This document shows positions 36,005 to 45,422 of a stretch of DNA of 64,000 bases, one piece after another. The stretch is from positions 1,447,842-1,511,841 of the forward strand of contig OZ220688.1 in NCBI GenBank assembly GCA_965116445.1. Direction: 5' to 3'. The position numbers were made by a program, and so were the translations under genes. The notes under the pieces were generated by a model that saw nothing but the letters and a program-made list of their open reading frames with translations, made no database searches and had not been told where the DNA came from. This stretch comes from Thermoanaerobaculia bacterium (GTDB taxonomy: Bacteria > Acidobacteriota > Thermoanaerobaculia > Multivoradales > Multivoraceae). Position 1 is the first letter of the stretch. Every line of letters begins with the position of its first letter.

Positions 36005-36006
36005 GA

Positions 36007-37578
36007 TCAGTCCCCGGTCAGGAGATCGAACTCGGACGGCGCCACGGTGACTCCGGCCCGATGCTGCAACGCGCGCGACGTGACGTCCGCCAGGATCTCC
36101 GCCTGCTCGGCCGCGATGTCCCACTTCTCCCCGGGATCGAGCGCCAGGTCGTAGAGCAGGGGCGGATCGTGTTCCGTCCGCTCACCCGCCAGGCCGTAGG
36201 CACCCTGGGTGATGAAGTGCGCCTTGTAGTTCCCGACGCGGTAGGCGTAGAGCTCGCTGCCGCGGTAGAACGGCACTTCTTCGCGCGGGCCTTCACCGCT
36301 TCCGAGCAGCACCGGGCCCAGATCGAGACTGTCCATCGGCCGGTCGTCCGGCAAAGCGCCGCCGGCCAGACCGAGGAAGGTCGCAAACAGGTCACTGGTC
36401 GACCCGATCTCGTCCGTGACCACGGCGGGAGGAAACGTCCCTGGCCACCAGAACAGCCCCGGCACCCGCATGCCTCCCTCCCAGGTCATCCCCTTCCCTT
36501 CGCGAAGCGGCCCGGCCAATCCGCCCTGCGTGCGAAACGCGGTCCACGGGCCATTGTCGCTGCTGAAGAACACGACCGTGTTCTCCGCGAGCCCCTCCTC
36601 CTCGAGCGTGTCCAGGATCCGGCCTACGCTCCAGTCGATCTCCTCGATCACGTCGCCGTAGAGCCCCGCGTCGCTGTGGCCCTCGAACGCGGGCGCCGTA
36701 AACAGCGGCACGTGGGGCATGCTGTGCGGCAGGTAGACGAGGAACGGCTCGTCCCGGTGGGCGCGGATGAAGTCGACTGCCTCCTCCGCATAGCGCTTCG
36801 TGATCGTCGTCTGGTCCGCGGGCTGTTCGAGCGTCTCCGTGACGATCTGCCCGTCCTCGTCGCGCGCCGAGCGGATCAGGGGCACGTCCCAGTACTCGAT
36901 CTTCGGATCCCGGAAGGCGGCGCGACGCTCCTCGCGAGGCAGCGTCGACATCATGTCGTTCGAGTAGGGGATGCCGAACCAGGTGTCGAAGCCATGCCGC
37001 GTCGGCAGGTACTGCGGGCCATCGCCCAGGTGCCACTTGCCGAACATCCCCGTGGCGTAGCCGAGATCGCGTAGCGCCTCGGCGATCGTCACCTCCTCGT
37101 CCTGGATGCCGCCCACGAACTCGGGGAACAGCACCCGGGCCCGGTCGCCGTAGAGACCGCTGCGAAGCTGCAGGCGTCCGGTCAACAACCCCGCCCGGCT
37201 CGGCGAGCACACGGAGGCCGTCACGTAGAAGTTCGTCCAGCGCTGGCCTTCGGCCGCCATGCGGTCGAGGTTCGGAGTGCGGATCACCGGCGCCCCGTAG
37301 CTGCCGAGGTCCCCCCAGCCCAGGTCGTCGGCGAAGACGATGACGAAGTTCGGGGGCCGGCCGGAGAAAGGGGAGTCGCCCGGCGCCGTCGGCGTCTCTC
37401 CCGGACTGCACGCAAGAACGGCCACGATGCCGAGAGCGCTAACGACCGCTCCCGCCCCGAAAGCCGGTCGGGGCGAACCGCTGCACCGCGCTGCTGCGCC
37501 AGATCGGGCCTGGAAGCGCGGGAATCCTGCCCGCCTGCGGCCGCCAGCGAACGAACAACATGTCGCAGCAGGCTTCAT
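36007..37578 (-). CDS. Arylsulfatase (Cys/FGly-type), lipoprotein
   Basis: PNFVIVFADDLGWGD, CSPSRAGLLTGR, GKWHLG, SSDNGPW; ATG overlaps the upstream stop. Confidence 0.93.
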   Translation of the reverse strand: MKPAATCCSFAGGRRRAGFPRFQARSGAAARCSGSPRPAFGAGAVVSALGIVAVLACSPGETPTAPGDSPFSGRPPNFVIVFADDLGWGDLGSYGAPVIRTPNLDRMAAEGQRWTNFYVTASVCSPSRAGLLTGRLQLRSGLYGDRARVLFPEFVGGIQDEEVTIAEALRDLGYATGMFGKWHLGDGPQYLPTRHGFDTWFGIPYSNDMMSTLPREERRAAFRDPKIEYWDVPLIRSARDEDGQIVTETLEQPADQTTITKRYAEEAVDFIRAHRDEPFLVYLPHSMPHVPLFTAPAFEGHSDAGLYGDVIEEIDWSVGRILDTLEEEGLAENTVVFFSSDNGPWTAFRTQGGLAGPLREGKGMTWEGGMRVPGLFWWPGTFPPAVVTDEIGSTSDLFATFLGLAGGALPDDRPMDSLDLGPVLLGSGEGPREEVPFYRGSELYAYRVGNYKAHFITQGAYGLAGERTEHDPPLLYDLALDPGEKWDIAAEQAEILADVTSRALQHRAGVTVAPSEFDLLTGD

Positions 37579-38804
37579 CGGCGCCCTCCTTCCTTCCACA
37601 GCCGCACGGTGAACCGGTGCTCCCCTTCGACCAGGTCCGGTTCCGTGCCGTTGTGCGCACGCATGCCGGGGATCACCTTGTTCCGGACTCCCATGCCTCG
37701 GGCGTCCACGTAGCCGTAGTCTCGCATCACATTGACCAGAGTCTGGTTCCTCGCGTAGCGGACACCGGACCTCATCCCGTCGACCGTCACCGTGTTCGGC
37801 AAGCGACCGGGGCTCAGCACTTTGAGGCGGTCCGAGTAGATCGTCAACATGACGTCCGTTCCGGCGATGCTGTAGTCGCGATGGACAAGGGCGTTGGCGA
37901 CGACTTCCCTGACGACTTCCTCCGGATACTCCCACCGGTCGACCCGTCGCATACCCTCAAGGTGCGCAGTCGGCGTGGTGTTCCGCCGGACGAAGTCCCA
38001 GGCCTGGTCGACGAGGCCCCGGCCGATCACCGCGCCGTCGGCCCCGACCAGGGAGACCATCGGCCCTCGCAGGTCCTCGTCCGCGCGGGTGGCGTAGTCG
38101 GGTTCCGTGCCCGGATAGCAGAGAGCCCGAATCCCCGCCTGCGGGACATGGCGGTTCGGCCTGCTGCCGAAAAGGAGCACGCCATCCACCGTTGCCACGG
38201 GGGTCCCGCCGGCCTCTGTCATCAGGTCGAGGTTCCGCAGGAGGGCCTCCCAACCCTCCCGGTCGTCGCTCGCGGGCGCGGAGCCTCCGAGCACCCGCTC
38301 GAAGTAGTCGCGGAGGCGACGGCTGTCGAAGTCGTCGAACGTTGCGCCCAGAGCCGGTTTCAGGCCGTAGTGAATGCGGCCCGAAGCCTGGAACATCCGC
38401 TCGATCTCTTCGCGGCTCGCCTCGCGCGACGTGCTGCCGACGCGAATGTAGTACGTGCGCCGGCCACGATGGGCCCTGGCGTAGGGCTTGTCGGGACCGG
38501 CTCCCACCCGGACCGCGAGCACGTCCCGACCCGGCGAGACGCCCCGCGCCCAGGAAAGCAGCGGGATGACCGGCGGATCGATCTTCGTCCGGCAGAGCTC
38601 GCTCACCCATTCCTCGGACCGCTCCCGGGCCACTCCACTGATCGTCCCGTCGTCCTCCACGCCAAGCAGGACCGTTCCGCCCTCCAGGTTGAGAAACGCA
38701 ACCAGCTCCTTCGCCAGATCGTGGTTCCGCACCTCGTCCCGCTTGAACTCGACCATCGAGTCCTCACCGTTGCGGATCAGGTCGAAGACTGCCTGTGGTT
38801 CCAT
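37575..38804 (-). CDS. AlbA_2/Schlafen-like domain plus HATPase_c_4 (RecG C-terminal-like) protein
   Basis: GED..VEFK, AF.N.EGG..L.GV.DDG, YYIRVGS, RE..ANAL.HRDY, SPG.LP, RN..L. Confidence 0.88.
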   Translation of the reverse strand: MEPQAVFDLIRNGEDSMVEFKRDEVRNHDLAKELVAFLNLEGGTVLLGVEDDGTISGVARERSEEWVSELCRTKIDPPVIPLLSWARGVSPGRDVLAVRVGAGPDKPYARAHRGRRTYYIRVGSTSREASREEIERMFQASGRIHYGLKPALGATFDDFDSRRLRDYFERVLGGSAPASDDREGWEALLRNLDLMTEAGGTPVATVDGVLLFGSRPNRHVPQAGIRALCYPGTEPDYATRADEDLRGPMVSLVGADGAVIGRGLVDQAWDFVRRNTTPTAHLEGMRRVDRWEYPEEVVREVVANALVHRDYSIAGTDVMLTIYSDRLKVLSPGRLPNTVTVDGMRSGVRYARNQTLVNVMRDYGYVDARGMGVRNKVIPGMRAHNGTEPDLVEGEHRFTVRLWKEGGRR

Positions 38805-38816
38805 CGGGTCGCTGCC

Positions 38817-39740
38817 TCAAAACGGGGGCTTGAAGCCGTCCTTGCCCTCCCCCAGCCGAGGCAGCTCACGGTACAGCACCGCCCGAACCTCCCGGTAGTG
38901 CTCAAGGTAGCGATCCAGCATGCTGTCCCGCCCGCAAGCCAGCTTCTCGGCCATCGTATCGAGCGCGCCGTCCCGCGTTCCGGCCACGAACTTGCCGCGC
39001 TGAAAGTGGAAAGGCTGCACGATGAAGTCCTTGACGCCCGTGGCAAGCAGATGCTCAGCGAAGCGCCGTGCATCGCGGACGAGGAGCAGCGGCGTCATCG
39101 TGACGCAGGTATCGATCCCTTCACGCACCAGCGTAGCCGCGGCTTCAAGCCGCTTGGCGTTACCGGGGCACAGCGGCTCGAACGCCTTCCGCACGTCCTC
39201 ATCGTCCGTCGTCACCGTCAGATTGACCTGGACTCGCCCGCCCCTCTCGACGATCGCCCGGAACAGGTCCGAGTCCCGCACCACGTCCGGGCTCCGCGTC
39301 TGCACCACCAGCTTCGGCCGGTGACGGTCCGCCAGGATCTCCAGCAAACCCCGCGTCAGCTTGAGCTGACGCTCGACCGGCTGATAGGCGTCCGTCACGC
39401 TGCTCATGTAGATCAGCTTGCCGTCCAGGCTGCCGGTCCGCCGCCGACCCATGAGTTCAACCGCATTCTCCTTCACCCGAACCCACTCCCCCCAGGCATC
39501 CCGTTCCCCCGTGCTGCGCGAGAAGAACGCTGCGTAGCAGTAGCTGCAGCCGAACCCGCACCCGGAGTAGGGGTTCAGCGTGAAGTCGTAGGCGTCCATG
39601 AACCCGGACGCCCGGGTGAGGATGTCGCGGGCCGGGGCGTAGGCGATGGTGGCGGGGCCGACCTGAGAGGGGCCACGTTGGCCCCCCGCAGGTGCATCGA
39701 AAGACGGGTACAGGAGCGACTGTCGCAGACGTTGGGTCAC
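38817..39740 (-). CDS. Radical SAM protein, spore photoproduct lyase-like family
   Basis: LNPYSGCGFGCSYCYA (CxxxCxxC), W..VKEN, MSSVTDAYQP.E, QTRSP.V.RD, FEP. Confidence 0.9.
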   Translation of the reverse strand: MTQRLRQSLLYPSFDAPAGGQRGPSQVGPATIAYAPARDILTRASGFMDAYDFTLNPYSGCGFGCSYCYAAFFSRSTGERDAWGEWVRVKENAVELMGRRRTGSLDGKLIYMSSVTDAYQPVERQLKLTRGLLEILADRHRPKLVVQTRSPDVVRDSDLFRAIVERGGRVQVNLTVTTDDEDVRKAFEPLCPGNAKRLEAAATLVREGIDTCVTMTPLLLVRDARRFAEHLLATGVKDFIVQPFHFQRGKFVAGTRDGALDTMAEKLACGRDSMLDRYLEHYREVRAVLYRELPRLGEGKDGFKPPF

Positions 39741-40715
39741 CGCACACCGCTCCTCACCCAAACAGAGTCATTCCATATCGAGTTCTTCTGGTGGTCCCAG
39801 CCTACGGGCTGAGATAGGTAACTCTGGCTAAGGTCCCCCGGAGATCTCAGATCCTCCAAGAGCTGCTTCCGCCAACAGGTTGTTCGCTTCAGATAGAGAT
39901 CACTTCCAACTAAGTCAAGAAAACCTGAAGTCAGAAACGGTGCCACAGTTTCTTCTTGTCCCATTCGCATCACGTCGCGGCCCAGGCCCGATTTCCGCTT
40001 GCTTGTAGTCACCACCTCGTACTGCGGATACCGGTACTCCCGCACTCCGTCGATGAGTTCTTTGCTCTCCTTCTTGGAATCGAAGTACACGGCATGCAGG
40101 GAGACTATCCACCGATGTGAACCTGCGGTCTCGAAACCCGACCTTAGATTATCGAGGTACGCCTTTGCTGAGTACCATCGCCTCATCCCGTCTGTCATCT
40201 GATCAACCACCTCTACGAGAGTGGTAAGACCCCGATCGGCCGCTTGATACCAGAATGCTTCCCACAGCTTCTCGCCCATGCTCATCATCGGTGGGCTACG
40301 GTCGATGCACTCCACGCTGATGGTCCGATCACGAAGTTCAGAATGGCCACACGCGGCGAGGATCGCCAAGGCGAAAGATAGCGCCCACGCACCACAACCG
40401 ACGTCCACGACCCGAAGTGGAGGACGCCTCCGTTCCGAGGAAAGCGGGGAGGGCGGAGGGGGGTTGCGTGAGCACCGCCAAGCCGAGATTATCTTGGCGC
40501 GCCTGATACCAACTGGCGTAAAGGACAGCATCCCACTCGTCGCACCTAGGGTGTTTCTGCTCCCGAAGCCGGTTGATGGATCGAAGTGCCCGGTCGACCC
40601 GGGGGCCCGCAGCGGCGATTCCATGCCGGCTCAGGCGCTTGACCTCGGAGCCGCAAACGTCGGAGATCGACTGATCCAAGGCACTCAGCGCCTCCTTCCA
40701 CTGCACTGGTTTCAC
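39737..40715 (-). pseudogene. SAM-dependent methyltransferase-like gene split by a frameshift near 40440-40480
   Basis: The 5' frame reads WKEALSALD...AVLYASWYQARQDNLGLAVL and the 3' frame reads LRVVDVGCGAWA...CIDRSPPM (motifs I/II). AT-rich; the stop overlaps the radical SAM GTG. Confidence 0.65.
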
Positions 40716-40804
40716 GCCCCTGATTCTCTCACAGGACTCGGGAAGCTGGCTCAGGCCTTCCGCCGGCGCGAACGCGCCAGCGATCACGATGCAACTGCTC
40801 CCAC

Positions 40805-41281
40805 TCAGCCAACCTCCCCGTACGGAGGCAGCTTCCACCATTCATCGGCAAACGGCAGCCCATCCGAGTACATGCAGCGGTGGTAGAGGTACTCGGGACA
40901 GAGGTCCCAACCCGAAGGCCAGGTCACGGCCTCGGCGCCGTCGTCCGAGATGGAGACCTTGGGGAACTCTTCGGGACGCTCGAGCAGAAAGTCCATGAAT
41001 GGGGACGGGTTCCAGAGAACGTCTTCCGTCATGTCCAGGACGCCGACCTCCCCGTCCGTAAAGCGGACGCGAAGTCGGTAGCCGCCCAGCCACTCCACGG
41101 CCGCCGCGCCAACCCGCCGCCTCGAAACCTCGGGTGGAACGTCCCAGACCCAAGCGCCGGTCACGTCGCTTTGGCGCCGGGGCGCCAGGTTGCCGTCGTG
41201 GCCCCGACGCCGACGTTCCCGGAGCGCCCGTCGCTTGTTCTTGTCCCGGTTCCGCCGATACACGAACAGGTGGTCGCTCAC
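40805..41281 (-). CDS. DUF2442-domain protein
   Basis: V..LGGYRLRVRFTDG..G.LD, F..V, VTWP.G.DLCPE.LY; start uncertain (41281 or 41338). Confidence 0.78.
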   Translation of the reverse strand: MSDHLFVYRRNRDKNKRRALRERRRRGHDGNLAPRRQSDVTGAWVWDVPPEVSRRRVGAAAVEWLGGYRLRVRFTDGEVGVLDMTEDVLWNPSPFMDFLLERPEEFPKVSISDDGAEAVTWPSGWDLCPEYLYHRCMYSDGLPFADEWWKLPPYGEVG

Positions 41282-41390
41282 CTCTTCTCTCCGCGTTCTT
41301 CTCGCCAAGCCGAGGTTCGCGCCCTGCATGGACTCCACATGGTGGCAAAGGTGCCCGCTTCGCGGCCCGCGTTTCTGGCCGCCTTCGGCG

Positions 41391-41600
41391 GCAGCCGGCG
41401 GGGACGCCGGCGCACCCAGTAGACGGAAACGCTAGCAGCTGGCGGGACGTCGACGTGCCCAGTAGACGGAAGCGGTAGCAACCGGCGGGGACGCCGGCGC
41501 ACCCGGTAGGACGGAAGCGGTAGCAGCCGGCCGGGAGGCCGGCGCACCCAGCGGACGGAAAGCGGTAGCAGCCGGCCGGGAGGCCGGCGTACCCTGTGGA
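41391..41600. repeat. Tandem array of five REP-like palindromic units (43-45 bp period)
   Basis: Units start at 41391, 41435, 41478, 41523 and 41568; consensus GCAGCCGGC(G/C)GGGA(C/G)GCCGGCGCACCCAGTAGACGGAAGCGGTA. Confidence 0.92.
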
Positions 41601-41711
41601 TGGCGGCTGTGGCTGAAGGCGCGGAAGGCAGTAGGATCGCCAGCTTCCGGTACCCGACGCACCGGAACCGATGCCGCCCGCGCCGCCTATCTTCCGCCTT
41701 TGAGACCGAGC

Positions 41712-42887
41712 ATGACCCCACCGCAGATCGACGAAGTCCGCGCCGTGTCCCACCTGATGGACCTGCTCGCCATCGAGGGCCTGAGCGGCCGCGAGGGCAA
41801 GGTCGCGGCGGCGGTGCGCGAGAAGCTGCTGGCCGCGGGCTGCGAGCCGGCCTGGATCGGGCACGACGACGCGAACGAGCGGATTCCCGGCGACTACGAG
41901 GTCGGCAACCTGATCGTCGACCTGCCGGGCACGAGACCGGGGCCGCGGCGGTTGTTCATGGGGCACATGGACACGGTGCCGCTCTGCCGCGGCGCGGTGC
42001 CGGTGCGCCGGAACGGGCGGATCGAGGCCGAAGGCGACACGGCGCTGGGCGGGGACAACCGGACCTCGATCGGCGCCCTGGTCACGATGGTCGAGACCCT
42101 GCTCGCTCAGGACGTGCCCCGGCCGCCGATCACGGTGCTGATGACGGTCGGCGAGGAAGTCGGCCTCTGGGGCGCGCGGACAGTGGAACTGGAGCGCCTC
42201 GGGAATCCGGCGATGGGCTTCAACATCGACTCCGGCTCGGCCCACGTCGTGATCATCGGCGCGACCGGGGCGGACCGCTGGCAGGTCGACATTCACGGCA
42301 GGTCCTCACACGCGGGCGTACATCCGGAGCACGGAATCTCCGCCGCGCTGATCGCTTCACGCGCGGTCGCCGACGTGGCGGCCCAGGGCTACTTCGGGAA
42401 GATCGAGCTTCCGACGGGCAGCGGCACGTCGAACATCGGCCGGATGGCCGGCGGCGAGGCGAGCAACCAGGTGACGGACCACGTCTTCGTCTCCGGCGAA
42501 TCGCGCAGCCACGACAAGGCGTTCCTCGCGCAGATCACGGCCACTTACCGCAACGCCTTCGAGCAGGCCGCGCGGAGCGTGACGAGCGCCGACGGGCATT
42601 GCGGCCGCGTCGATTTCCGCGCCGAGACGGACTACGAGGCCTTCGAGATGCCGACGGACTCGCCGCCCGCACAACTCGCCGCGGAACAGGTCCGGGAGGT
42701 TCTCGGCAAGGAGGCCGACTACCTCGTCGCGAACGGCGGGCTGGACGCGAACTACCTGAACGCGAAGGGAGTGCCCACGGTGACCCTGGGCGCCGGACAG
42801 CACAACCCGCACACCGTGGACGAGTACGTCGACGTACAGGAGTACCTCGACGGCTGCCGCCTGATTGCGGCTCTCGCCGCGGCCTGA
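41712..42887 (+). CDS. M20/M25/M40 metallopeptidase (peptidase T-like)
   Basis: GHMDTV, LGGDNR, GEEVGL.GA, SHAG.HPE.GISA, GGLDAN, H..DE. Confidence 0.9.
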   Translation: MTPPQIDEVRAVSHLMDLLAIEGLSGREGKVAAAVREKLLAAGCEPAWIGHDDANERIPGDYEVGNLIVDLPGTRPGPRRLFMGHMDTVPLCRGAVPVRRNGRIEAEGDTALGGDNRTSIGALVTMVETLLAQDVPRPPITVLMTVGEEVGLWGARTVELERLGNPAMGFNIDSGSAHVVIIGATGADRWQVDIHGRSSHAGVHPEHGISAALIASRAVADVAAQGYFGKIELPTGSGTSNIGRMAGGEASNQVTDHVFVSGESRSHDKAFLAQITATYRNAFEQAARSVTSADGHCGRVDFRAETDYEAFEMPTDSPPAQLAAEQVREVLGKEADYLVANGGLDANYLNAKGVPTVTLGAGQHNPHTVDEYVDVQEYLDGCRLIAALAAA

Positions 42888-42920
42888 ACCGACCTGAACC
42901 AATCTGAACCGATCTCAACC
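42881..42920. repeat. 10-bp direct repeat x4
   Basis: ggcctgaacc gacctgaacc aatctgaacc gatctcaacc. Confidence 0.8.
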
Positions 42921-42950
42921 CACGAAGAAGACGAAACGGAGAAACCCGGA

Positions 42951-43868
42951 ATGAACACTCGCATGCTGCACGAAAAGGTGGTCGTCGTCACCGGTGCCGG
43001 CCGGGGCATCGGCCGCGACATCGCCCTGCTCGCCGCCGCCCATGGCGCGTCGGTCATCGTGAACGACCTCGGCGGCTCCGAGCGCGGCGACGGCGGCGAC
43101 CAGACGCCGGCCCAGGCCGTCGCCTCCGAGATCCAGGCCGCCGGCGGCCGCGCCGCGGCGAACTACGAAAGCGTTACCGATTTCGAGGGCGCCGGGCGGA
43201 TCGTCGAGCAGGCACTGGACGAGTTCGGCCAGATCGACGGCATCGTGAACAACGCCGGCATCCTGCGCGACGGCATCTTCCACAAGATGACGGAGAGCGA
43301 CTGGGACGCCGTGATCGCCGTCCATCTCAAGGGCAGCTTCAACATGGCGCGAGCCGCCGCCCCCCACTACCGCAAGCAGATCGGCGGCGCCTTCGTCCAC
43401 ATGACCTCCACGTCCGGGTTGATCGGCAACTTCGGCCAGGCGAACTACGCCGCGGCGAAGCTGGGGATCGTCGGCCTGTCGAAGTCCCTGGCGCTCGACA
43501 TGCAGCGCTTCGAGGTGCGGTCGAACTGCATTGCCCCGTTCGCCTGGTCGCGCCTGATCGGCACGATCCCGACCGCCGACCCGGCACAGGAAGCGCGGGT
43601 CGCGAAGATGAAGGAGATGACGCCGGCCCTGGTCGCGCCGCTTGCCGTCTACCTGCTGAGCGACAGGGCGAAGGACACAAGCGGGCAGATCTTCACGGTG
43701 CGCAAGAACGAGATCTTCCTGATGAGCCAGCCGCGACCGATCCGCTCGGTCCACAACGGCGACGGCTGGACCCCGGAGACGATCGCCGAGCACGGCATGC
43801 CGGCGCTGGCCGGGTCGTTCCACGACCTCGACCGGACGACCGACGTGTTCACCTGGGATCCGACATAG
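42951..43868 (+). CDS. SDR oxidoreductase (MFE-2/3-hydroxyacyl-CoA dehydrogenase-like)
   Basis: TGAGRGIG, VNDLG, NNAGILRD, GNFGQANYAAAK. Confidence 0.92.
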   Translation: MNTRMLHEKVVVVTGAGRGIGRDIALLAAAHGASVIVNDLGGSERGDGGDQTPAQAVASEIQAAGGRAAANYESVTDFEGAGRIVEQALDEFGQIDGIVNNAGILRDGIFHKMTESDWDAVIAVHLKGSFNMARAAAPHYRKQIGGAFVHMTSTSGLIGNFGQANYAAAKLGIVGLSKSLALDMQRFEVRSNCIAPFAWSRLIGTIPTADPAQEARVAKMKEMTPALVAPLAVYLLSDRAKDTSGQIFTVRKNEIFLMSQPRPIRSVHNGDGWTPETIAEHGMPALAGSFHDLDRTTDVFTWDPT

Positions 43869-43982
43869 CGCCGCCGCCACCGGATCGTCGGTCCGCGGCG
43901 CGCCGCCGCTGCTGCGAAGCGCCGTCCGGGGCGCCAACGGTCCAGGCGGCGCATCACGCGGCTCAAGCCGCCCGCACGGACC

Positions 43983-44015
43983 CGGATGCCGGCGGGGACG
44001 CCGGCGCACCCAGTG
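43983..44015 (-). repeat. REP-like palindromic repeat (unoccupied IS target)
   Basis: Reverse complement is CACTGGGTGCGCCGGCGTCCCCGCCGGCATCCG; lies between convergent SDR and thiolase genes. Confidence 0.88.
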
Positions 44016-44035
44016 TCGGAACACCGGCGGGAACC

Positions 44036-44097
44036 CGGGTGGCGCGACCCCGCGCCACCCGTGAAACAGTCCGTGCGTCCGTCATCGGACGCACGGA
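44036..44097. terminator. Two perfect hairpins between convergent genes (possible bidirectional terminator or RNA stabiliser)
   Basis: CGGGTGGCGCG-accc-CGCGCCACCCG (44036-44061) and TCCGTGCGTCCG-tcat-CGGACGCACGGA (44070-44097); no strong U-tract. Confidence 0.5.
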
Positions 44098-44156
44098 TGA
44101 CACGCCCGGCGCACCCGGTGTGCGGGTGCCGCCGAGGGCGCCGTGCGCGCAGCGAC

Positions 44157-45338
44157 TCAGGCTACTTCGAAGAGCCCCGCCGCGCCCATGCCGCCGCCGA
44201 TGCACATCGTGACGACGACGTTCTTCGCGCCGCGGCGCTTGCCCTCGATCAGCGCGTGGCCGACCAGGCGCGCACCGCTCATGCCGTACGGATGGCCGAT
44301 CGAGATCGCGCCGCCGTTCACGTTCAGCTTGTCGTTCGGGATGCCCAGCCGGTCACGGCAGTAGATCACCTGAACGGCGAACGCCTCGTTCAGCTCCCAG
44401 AGGTCGATGTCGTCCATCGTCAGGTCGAAGCGCTTGAGCAGCTTCGGCACGGCGAAGACGGGGCCGATGCCCATCTCGTCCGGTTCGCAGCCGGCAACCG
44501 CCATCCCCTTGTAGATGCCGAGCGGCTCGAGGCCGCGCTGTTCGGCCAGCTTCGAGTCCATGACCACGCACGCCGACGCACCGTCGGAGAGCTGGCTGGC
44601 GTTGCCCGCCGTGATCGTGCCGTTCTCGCGGACTGCCTTGAGCCCGGAGAGTCCCTCGATCGTCGTCGTGGGCCGGTTGCCCTCGTCCTGGCTCAACTCG
44701 ACCTCGCCGAAGCTGATGTCGCCGGTCGCCCTGTCGAGGATCATCTTCGTCGCGTTCATCGTGATGATCTCGTCGTCGAAGGCACCCGACTCCTGGCCGG
44801 CGGCGGTCCGCTGCTGGCTCTGCAGCCCGTACTCGTCCTGCTGCTCGCGGCTGATGTCGTAGCGCTTCGCGACGACTTCCGCGGTGTCGATCATCGGCAG
44901 GTGGAGATCCGGCTTGTTCTCCCGGATCCAGGGATCGGGAGTCCGGAAGTGGTTCATCTTGTCGTTCTGGACGAGGCTGATCGAGTCGATGCCGCCGGCG
45001 ACGACGACCGGCGCCCCGTCGACCATGACCTGCTTCGCGGCGGTGGCGATCGCCATCATCCCCGACGAACACTGCCGGTCCATCGTCATCCCCGAGACCT
45101 CGACCGGCATGCCGGCACGAATCGCGCACTGCCGAGCGACGTTGTTGCCCTGCGAGCCTTGCTGCATGGCGCAGCCCATCACGACATCGTCGACTTCGCC
45201 CTTCTCGACGCCAGCACGTTCGACCGCGGCGGCAATCGCGGCCGCGCCCATCGTCGGCGATTCGAGGTTGTTGAAGGCGCCGCGATAGGCCTTGCCGATC
45301 GGCGTGCGGGCGGTTGAAACGATGACGGCGTCAGTCAT
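44157..45338 (-). CDS. Acetyl-CoA C-acyltransferase (thiolase)
   Basis: ARTPIG, RQCSSG, NEAFA, GHPYG.SG, CIGGGMG. Confidence 0.95.
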   Translation of the reverse strand: MTDAVIVSTARTPIGKAYRGAFNNLESPTMGAAAIAAAVERAGVEKGEVDDVVMGCAMQQGSQGNNVARQCAIRAGMPVEVSGMTMDRQCSSGMMAIATAAKQVMVDGAPVVVAGGIDSISLVQNDKMNHFRTPDPWIRENKPDLHLPMIDTAEVVAKRYDISREQQDEYGLQSQQRTAAGQESGAFDDEIITMNATKMILDRATGDISFGEVELSQDEGNRPTTTIEGLSGLKAVRENGTITAGNASQLSDGASACVVMDSKLAEQRGLEPLGIYKGMAVAGCEPDEMGIGPVFAVPKLLKRFDLTMDDIDLWELNEAFAVQVIYCRDRLGIPNDKLNVNGGAISIGHPYGMSGARLVGHALIEGKRRGAKNVVVTMCIGGGMGAAGLFEVA

Positions 45339-45422
45339 GGAGTGCTCCCTGGCTTGGATGGTTGCGATGTGCTTGGGTCTTGTTGAGCACGGGAGAATAG
45401 CACCTACCGTCCGGTCGGTCGG

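Noticed and set aside
41391-41600. CRISPR array
   Set aside because: The linkers are short (about 15 bp) and similar to each other rather than unique spacers, the repeats are degenerate, no cas genes are present, and the same motif occurs singly elsewhere as a REP.
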